Positions 6,251 to 11,360 of a stretch of DNA of 11,360 nucleotides are shown piece after piece (within the stretch, counting starts at the first letter, position 1; each line of letters opens with the position of its first letter). The stretch covers positions 1 to 11,360 of the forward strand of contig DAOVET010000084.1 in assembly GCA_030668825.1 (NCBI GenBank). The letters are read 5' to 3'. Below the pieces are notes generated by a model, which worked only from the letters and a program-made list of their open reading frames with translations, had not been told where the DNA came from and did not search any database. This stretch comes from Candidatus Heimdallarchaeota archaeon. GTDB lineage: Archaea; Asgardarchaeota; Heimdallarchaeia; Heimdallarchaeales; Heimdallarchaeaceae. Both the position numbers and the translations under genes were made by a program.

Positions 6251-8350
6251 ATGAGTAATCGAAGAGAGAGTGAAACTGAGATAGATGATTACATTTTTTG
6301 TTCCAAATGTGGGAAAATCATACCATCCAATGCAAACAATGGAATTTGTACTAAATGCAATACACCTCTCAATCAACCAGTAGTTCACAAGCCAGTAGTT
6401 CATAAGCGATTAAATACAAATAAAGTGTGGGAGGAGTATTTTCCTTATATTGAAGTTAGACCCCTTCAAAATCAAATTATAGAGAGTATTTCTGAAGAAA
6501 ACAACAATCAAAAACATATAATTATTCAAGCAGCTAACGGTATAGGTAAAACAATCGCTATTTTAGCAGCTTTATTACCAATCTGCATAAAGAAAAAGAA
6601 AACTATAGTTTACTGTTGCAGAACTCATCAACAAATGAGCAGGGTGATAGAAGAACTAAAGATGATTAAACAGCTTAAACCTATCTCAGGAATAGCTCTA
6701 AGAGGGAGAAAAGAATTATGTTTACATCCGATTATTCAGAAGTTTGCATTAGATGCTGCAAATGCTGCAGATATCTGTAGATATCTAAAAAAAGAGAATA
6801 AATGCAAATATTTCTCCAATATTGCTAAAACAGATATTAAAAACAAAATAGAAGAGATAACAAAAAAACAAGTTCTAGATAGTTTGGAGGTATTTGAAAT
6901 TGGTAAATCCTTTGAAGTATGCCCATTTGAAATTTCGAAGAAAGTGATACCAAACGTAAATGTTGTAGCAGCTAGTTATCAACATATTTTCAATCCGGGA
7001 GTACAAGCGAATTTTCTACTGAATTTGGATAAAGAATTGAAAGACATCATATTAGTAATTGATGAAGCTCATAATTTACCTTCAACAGCTGTTGATATTA
7101 GCAGTAATAGCTTATCAAATTTTAGTATTGATAATGCTCAATCAGAAGCGATGAAATACAAGATGGGTGAAATTTACGACCTACTAGATGCTTTATCTTC
7201 AATATTGCTTGATGAAAGTTCTTCTTTAGAAATAAATGAAGAAATGGTTTTTAATCCTGCTGATTTTATTAAAAAAGTAGAGAAAAAAGCTGGTCAAAAA
7301 ATTGATGAACAGTTCCTAAAATCGCTTGACAGACTTGCTGATTTTGTCAAAGAAATGCAAGTTAAACAGAATAAAGCTCCTCTTTCTTACGCATCTGCAG
7401 TTGTATCCTATCTCAATCGGCTTCTTGAAACAAAAACAAGAGATGACTTTGCTCATTTCATTTTGAAAACAGAATCAAAAACTGGAAATATAAGCTCAAA
7501 ACTATTAACACAGTCGCTTGACCCTAGATCAATAACAGGAGATATTCTAGCTAGTGTACATATGTCGGTTTCCTTATCAGGAACTTTAGATCCAATTGAA
7601 GCCTATGCATCACTAATTGGGCTTCAACTTGAAAATTTAAAGAGTCTTAGTTTACCGTCTCCTTACAGAAAAGAAAACCATGTTACTCTGGTAGTTGATA
7701 AGATTTCATCAAAACTAGAAGATCGAATTCCTGCTACATTTTTGAAAATGCTGGAAGTAATTACAGAAACAGTTGAGTCAACACCAAAAAATGTAGGTAT
7801 TTTCTGTGCAAGTTATGTCATTATGAGAAGTATCCTTGAAACAGGTCTAGAAAGAGCTATATCAAAACCTCTTTTCATTGCACATCAGGGAATGTCGTCT
7901 CGAGAAAACGATAAACTAATTCAGGATTTTAAGAATGAATCCAGGAAGAAGGGGGGCGTGCTAATGTCCGTTCTAGGCGGCAGATCATCTGAAGGAAGTG
8001 ACTATCCAGGAAGCGAAATGCAAAGTGTAATTATTGTAGGAATCCCTTATGCAAGACCAACTCCTACGGTCAAAGCCAGCATAGATTATTTGGAAAAGCA
8101 ATTTCCAACCAAGGGTAGAGAGTTTGGTTATAATATCCCGGCAATCACAAGAGCGGCTCAAGCAGCGGGGAGACCAATTAGAAGCTTGGAAGATTACGCA
8201 GTAATCATGTTACTTGACTATCGTTTTGCTAGACATTATTACAAGAAACATCTCCCTGTATGGTTAAAGGATAACTTGCATCTAGTACAACCAGAAAAGG
8301 AAATATTGCAGGATAAAATTAAACAATTCTATCAATATCATGGAGACTAG
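6251..8350 (+). CDS. xpd: XPD/Rad3/DinG-family Fe-S cluster SF2 DNA helicase with N-terminal Zn ribbon (about 699 aa)
   Basis: Q motif FPYIEVRPLQ, Walker A AANGIGKT, Ia YCCRTHQQ, four Fe-S Cys (RKELC, ADIC, NKC, VCPF), IDEAHNL, SGTLDP, GRSSEGSDYPG, VGIPY, QAAGRPIR and LLDYRF. ATG 6251 is preferred over TTG 6143. The symbol denotes the family, orthology was not tested. Confidence 0.93.
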   Translation: MSNRRESETEIDDYIFCSKCGKIIPSNANNGICTKCNTPLNQPVVHKPVVHKRLNTNKVWEEYFPYIEVRPLQNQIIESISEENNNQKHIIIQAANGIGKTIAILAALLPICIKKKKTIVYCCRTHQQMSRVIEELKMIKQLKPISGIALRGRKELCLHPIIQKFALDAANAADICRYLKKENKCKYFSNIAKTDIKNKIEEITKKQVLDSLEVFEIGKSFEVCPFEISKKVIPNVNVVAASYQHIFNPGVQANFLLNLDKELKDIILVIDEAHNLPSTAVDISSNSLSNFSIDNAQSEAMKYKMGEIYDLLDALSSILLDESSSLEINEEMVFNPADFIKKVEKKAGQKIDEQFLKSLDRLADFVKEMQVKQNKAPLSYASAVVSYLNRLLETKTRDDFAHFILKTESKTGNISSKLLTQSLDPRSITGDILASVHMSVSLSGTLDPIEAYASLIGLQLENLKSLSLPSPYRKENHVTLVVDKISSKLEDRIPATFLKMLEVITETVESTPKNVGIFCASYVIMRSILETGLERAISKPLFIAHQGMSSRENDKLIQDFKNESRKKGGVLMSVLGGRSSEGSDYPGSEMQSVIIVGIPYARPTPTVKASIDYLEKQFPTKGREFGYNIPAITRAAQAAGRPIRSLEDYAVIMLLDYRFARHYYKKHLPVWLKDNLHLVQPEKEILQDKIKQFYQYHGD
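6377..6406 (+). repeat. In-frame 15-bp tandem duplication (PVVHK x2)
   Basis: CCAGTAGTTCACAAG / CCAGTAGTTCATAAG, differing by one synonymous change, in the linker between the Zn ribbon and the helicase core. Confidence 0.85.
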
Positions 8351-8861
8351 TATCTCACCTTTTGGGAAATTGAAAAACTATTTTAAGACTCATAACCAAA
8401 CAGCAGATATGAAGGTCATTTATGAAATAAAAAACACAAGTGAGTTTCTCAATCAATTAAATATTATAGCTCAAAGATATAAGACAAATGTTTCAGAATA
8501 TGATGAAGAACCAGGACATTTTATTTTTGTTAAAACAGAAATTAAGATTTATGAAAGATTGAAAGATAACAAAACATATGCATATGTCTGGGGTGCAACT
8601 GATGAAGATATTATATTCTTGAATTCTTTCTGGGGAGAACCTAAAGAAATTATAGAACTTAAAATGTCACCTCTTGAATTCGCATCTGAGTTATTGGAAA
8701 TTCCCCAGGATGAGAAAATCTCAAAAGAGGAGATTATCCAGACATTAGGAATATCAGAGAGAGATTTTAACCAATATTCCAGATTCATTAAAATGGCTTC
8801 AAGAAAAGCAGATATTCCAGAAGATGTAAGAAAAGCAAACACTATTTTAGAGCATCTTTAG
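8340..8861 (+). CDS. Hypothetical protein with possible C-terminal helix-turn-helix
   Basis: 173-aa ORF of normal composition that overlaps the helicase end by 11 nt (alternative start ATG 8409). ISKEEIIQTLGISERDFNQY resembles an HTH. Confidence 0.72.
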   Translation: METSISPFGKLKNYFKTHNQTADMKVIYEIKNTSEFLNQLNIIAQRYKTNVSEYDEEPGHFIFVKTEIKIYERLKDNKTYAYVWGATDEDIIFLNSFWGEPKEIIELKMSPLEFASELLEIPQDEKISKEEIIQTLGISERDFNQYSRFIKMASRKADIPEDVRKANTILEHL

Positions 8862-8889
8862 AAAACTATTTTGGTGTAGACGATACATA

Positions 8890-8897
8890 TTTATTTA
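8890..8897 (+). promoter_or_regulatory. Putative TATA box, leaderless PLD transcript
   Basis: TTTATTTA at -29 to -22 from ATG 8919, no SD motif. Confidence 0.45.
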
Positions 8898-8918
8898 CTA
8901 TTATCTGAATGTATAGTT

Positions 8919-10949
8919 ATGATTCAAAAAAAACAGATTGTTATTTTAATATTTTTGTCGTTACTTCTATCAGCATTTGTTCCATATAATGCTAATCAAA
9001 AAATAATCGTAGCAACAGAACAAACAGATGCAGACAGTATATCATTGGATGCTATTTCTACAACACCTTTTTCTGGAGTAACCAACATAACTACTTTTGT
9101 AGGACCGGATGCAGCTCATAAAATTGTATTAAATTCAATTAAAAATGCACAAACATCTTTCTATCTTGAAGTTTATACTCTATCAAGTCAGTCATTAGTT
9201 GATGAATTAATACTCGCTAAAGGCAGAACTGTGGATGTTGTTGTTCAGTTATCTCATCATCGTGTTAACCCTGATGAAAATGACTATACCGAGGAAGCAG
9301 CTGATCAGCTATATGATGCTGGAATAGATGTCTCTTGGACAAGTGATACTTTTACCTTAACTCATGCTAAATTTTGGATAGTTGATAGTCAAGAAGTTTA
9401 CGTATATTCTGGTAATTGGGCTCCATCCAGTATACCTGAAGAACCATTTGCAAGAACTAACAGAGAGATGGGATTTATTTTCAATGATGCTTTAATTGCA
9501 GATTATTATGAGGCTGTTTTCATTGCTGATGGATTGATATCTACTCCTTATTCCTCAATTAGCACCATTGGTTATCTGCAAGCTCCTGAAACAAGCGGTA
9601 CATATGAACACCCATTTAACGAAACAGCTACTTTTGTTGAATTTGCTGAAGTAATTCCAATTTTCTCTCCTGACAATAGTTATGAATTGCTTTCAAGCTT
9701 AATAGAAAATGCAACAACTACAATAGATTTAGAACTTCAGTACATAAGCTTTGATTGTGAGTTACTGTATGACATAATTGACGCAGCTCTAAGAGGTGTA
9801 TCTATTAGAGTACTTTATCCAAAACCCACTTATCATACTAGAAATGTTACAGAAATTTTAATCAATAATGGTGTTCAAGTCAAGTTCTTCAAAGGAATGT
9901 ATGATCATAACAAATATGTTTCAGTTGATGATGAAGTAGTTCAAGTTTCGAGTATTAATTGGTCTAACCAGTCAGTTGAAGATAACAGAGAAGCTGGGGC
10001 TATTGTTAAAAATATCAATGTTGCTTTATATTTCAAAGATGTATTCAACTATGATTGGGCACTTGGTGAAACACCAGTTGGGTTTGCTGCTCCAGTTGCA
10101 ATGGCATCACCAATTGCTGGAGGTATAGCTTCAGGTAATTTTCTGTTTCAAGCATCGTTTGCTATTAATACATACACTTCTGGGCAGTTATTTATCGACG
10201 GAATATCTATTCATACTTGGATCGACCCTGATGGAATAGAAGGTTATAGTATCAATACAAATTCATATTCAGATGGAATTCACAATGTAAAAATTATTGG
10301 AACACCTACCGTAGGTGACCCAATTGAAGTCACTGAAAAGATAAATATAATCAATGAAGCAGATTGGAATTTACTCATTACAGAAATAAGATATGATGCA
10401 GATGATGAACCTGAAGGTGAATTTGTTGAAATCTATAATGCATTTGATTTTGATATTTACCTTGAGAACTGGAAGCTTACTGATGGTGAGGGTAGTTATA
10501 CTTTACCTGAAGTAGCACAAATAGATGCAGATGATATTCTAATATTTGCATATTCAAATGCTGTATATCAGAGCGAAATGACAGCATTGGGAGTAACTGC
10601 TCCTGCAGCTGATTATGGTTTAGGTGATATACTTCTTGCTAATACTGGTGATGATTTAAGCCTTAAAGATCCTTCAGATGTTACAAAAGACGCAGTTGCA
10701 TGGGGTTCAGGAAGTGTATCAGGTGTTACCACATGGTCAGGTTCTACTACAGATGCAGATAAGACTTTACAAAGAGATCCTGCAAATGAGGACACCAACA
10801 ATTGTAACACAGATTTCATAATAGATACTCCAAATCCAGGTGTTGTTTATGTTGACACTGATCCAGGTTTCACATCCTTTGAGTTTGTATTGCCTGTAAT
10901 AGGAGTGGTTGGTTTAGCTGTACTACTTTTAAGAAGAAGAAAAAGGTAA
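8919..10949 (+). CDS. Secreted, surface-anchored phospholipase D-superfamily enzyme with Ig-like and lamin tail domains and a PGF-CTERM-like anchor (676 aa)
   Basis: Signal peptide MIQKKQIVILIFLSLLLSA, two HKD motifs (HAKFWIVD from 9363 and HNKYVSVD from 9906, each followed by SxNW and NRE), Ig-like segment ..TNSYSDGIHNVKI.., LTD LLITEIRYD..EFVEIYN..LENWKLTD..LANTGDDLSL..TPNPG, and C-terminal PGF (10863-10871) + hydrophobic helix + RRRKR. Confidence 0.92.
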   Translation: MIQKKQIVILIFLSLLLSAFVPYNANQKIIVATEQTDADSISLDAISTTPFSGVTNITTFVGPDAAHKIVLNSIKNAQTSFYLEVYTLSSQSLVDELILAKGRTVDVVVQLSHHRVNPDENDYTEEAADQLYDAGIDVSWTSDTFTLTHAKFWIVDSQEVYVYSGNWAPSSIPEEPFARTNREMGFIFNDALIADYYEAVFIADGLISTPYSSISTIGYLQAPETSGTYEHPFNETATFVEFAEVIPIFSPDNSYELLSSLIENATTTIDLELQYISFDCELLYDIIDAALRGVSIRVLYPKPTYHTRNVTEILINNGVQVKFFKGMYDHNKYVSVDDEVVQVSSINWSNQSVEDNREAGAIVKNINVALYFKDVFNYDWALGETPVGFAAPVAMASPIAGGIASGNFLFQASFAINTYTSGQLFIDGISIHTWIDPDGIEGYSINTNSYSDGIHNVKIIGTPTVGDPIEVTEKINIINEADWNLLITEIRYDADDEPEGEFVEIYNAFDFDIYLENWKLTDGEGSYTLPEVAQIDADDILIFAYSNAVYQSEMTALGVTAPAADYGLGDILLANTGDDLSLKDPSDVTKDAVAWGSGSVSGVTTWSGSTTDADKTLQRDPANEDTNNCNTDFIIDTPNPGVVYVDTDPGFTSFEFVLPVIGVVGLAVLLLRRRKR

Positions 10950-10953
10950 TCCC

Positions 10954-10973
10954 TTTTTCATTTTTTATTTTTT
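10954..10973 (+). terminator. Archaeal oligo-T terminator after the PLD gene
   Basis: TTTTTCATTTTTTATTTTTT starting 5 nt after the TAA stop. Confidence 0.65.
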
Positions 10974-10979
10974 GGACTT

Positions 10980-10987
10980 TTTATATT
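10980..10987 (+). promoter_or_regulatory. Putative TATA box, leaderless dinB transcript
   Basis: TTTATATT at -30 to -23 from ATG 11010, no SD motif. Confidence 0.5.
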
Positions 10988-11009
10988 AAAAAGACTATAA
11001 TTCAATAAT

Positions 11010-11360
11010 ATGACACTTGCTAATCAAGTTGTTTATTTCTCAGAGAAGGAACAAACATTTGATTCTATCATATTATACATGGATTTAGATGCTTTTTTTG
11101 CTTCTGTTGAAATAAGAGAGAATCCTGATTTAGCTGATAAACCTCTAGTTGTTGGAGGAAATCCAAAAACAAAGCAAGGTGTCGTTAGTACTTGTAACTA
11201 TGAAGCAAGAAAATTTGGTATTCATTCAGGTATGCCAATATCACAAGCACTAAGATTATGTCCGCATCTAACAATGGTTAGAGGGTCATATAAGCTGTAT
11301 AGTGAAGTTTCAAAGAGTATTATGAATATAGTAAAATATTATTCCCCTAGTATGAAAGTA
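11010..11360 (+). CDS. dinB: Y-family DNA polymerase IV (DinB/Dpo4-like), 5' part only
   Basis: Manual translation (117 codons, open to the window end): MTLANQVVYFSEKEQTFDSIILYMDLDAFFASVEIRENPDLADKPLVVGG..GVVSTCNYEARKFGIHSGMPISQALRLCP. These are the hallmark IMS-domain motifs. Confidence 0.96.
   Translation, partial: MTLANQVVYFSEKEQTFDSIILYMDLDAFFASVEIRENPDLADKPLVVGGNPKTKQGVVSTCNYEARKFGIHSGMPISQALRLCPHLTMVRGSYKLYSEVSKSIMNIVKYYSPSMKV

Noticed and set aside
6128-6403. 91-aa - strand ORF
   Set aside because: Overlaps the helicase 5' end and promoter in antisense and has no motifs.
6251-8350. CasDinG / type IV CRISPR interpretation of the helicase (and Cas4 for the nuclease)
   Set aside because: No repeat-spacer array or cas genes are in the window, and the nuclease has no cysteines for a Cas4 Fe-S cluster.
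8549-8842. 97-aa - strand ORF
   Set aside because: Antisense shadow of ORF 8340-8861.
10613-10819. 68-aa - strand ORF
   Set aside because: Antisense shadow of the LTD-coding region.

Overview
AT-rich, gene-dense archaeal window, most likely from an Asgard archaeon (possibly Heimdallarchaeia-like). This is inferred from adjacent longin- and roadblock-domain genes, a PGF-type C-terminal sorting signal, TATA boxes and oligo-T terminators. Two gene blocks diverge from a 320-bp spacer at 5931-6250. The leftward block (- strand) encodes a TPR protein, a RecB/NucS-like PD-(D/E)XK nuclease with a C-terminal PIP box (ATGA-coupled to the TPR gene), a longin + roadblock-like two-domain protein, a roadblock/LC7 protein, a possible uDENN/longin-like protein, and an archaeal RecJ-like DHH nuclease with a DnaJ-type Zn finger (truncated at base 1, absent from the ORF track). 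The rightward block (+ strand) encodes an Fe-S XPD/Rad3-family helicase with an extra N-terminal Zn ribbon, an overlapping hypothetical protein with a possible HTH, a secreted PLD-superfamily/lamin-tail-domain surface protein, and the 5' part of a DinB (Y-family) polymerase (also absent from the ORF track). The best candidates for something new are the TPR + PCNA-binding minimal nuclease pair within a DNA-repair-rich neighbourhood, a three-gene longin/roadblock module with no GTPase in the window, and a possibly structured 5' leader on the TPR gene. No rRNA, tRNA, CRISPR array or mobile element was seen. All domain calls come from motif reading by eye, not from database searches.
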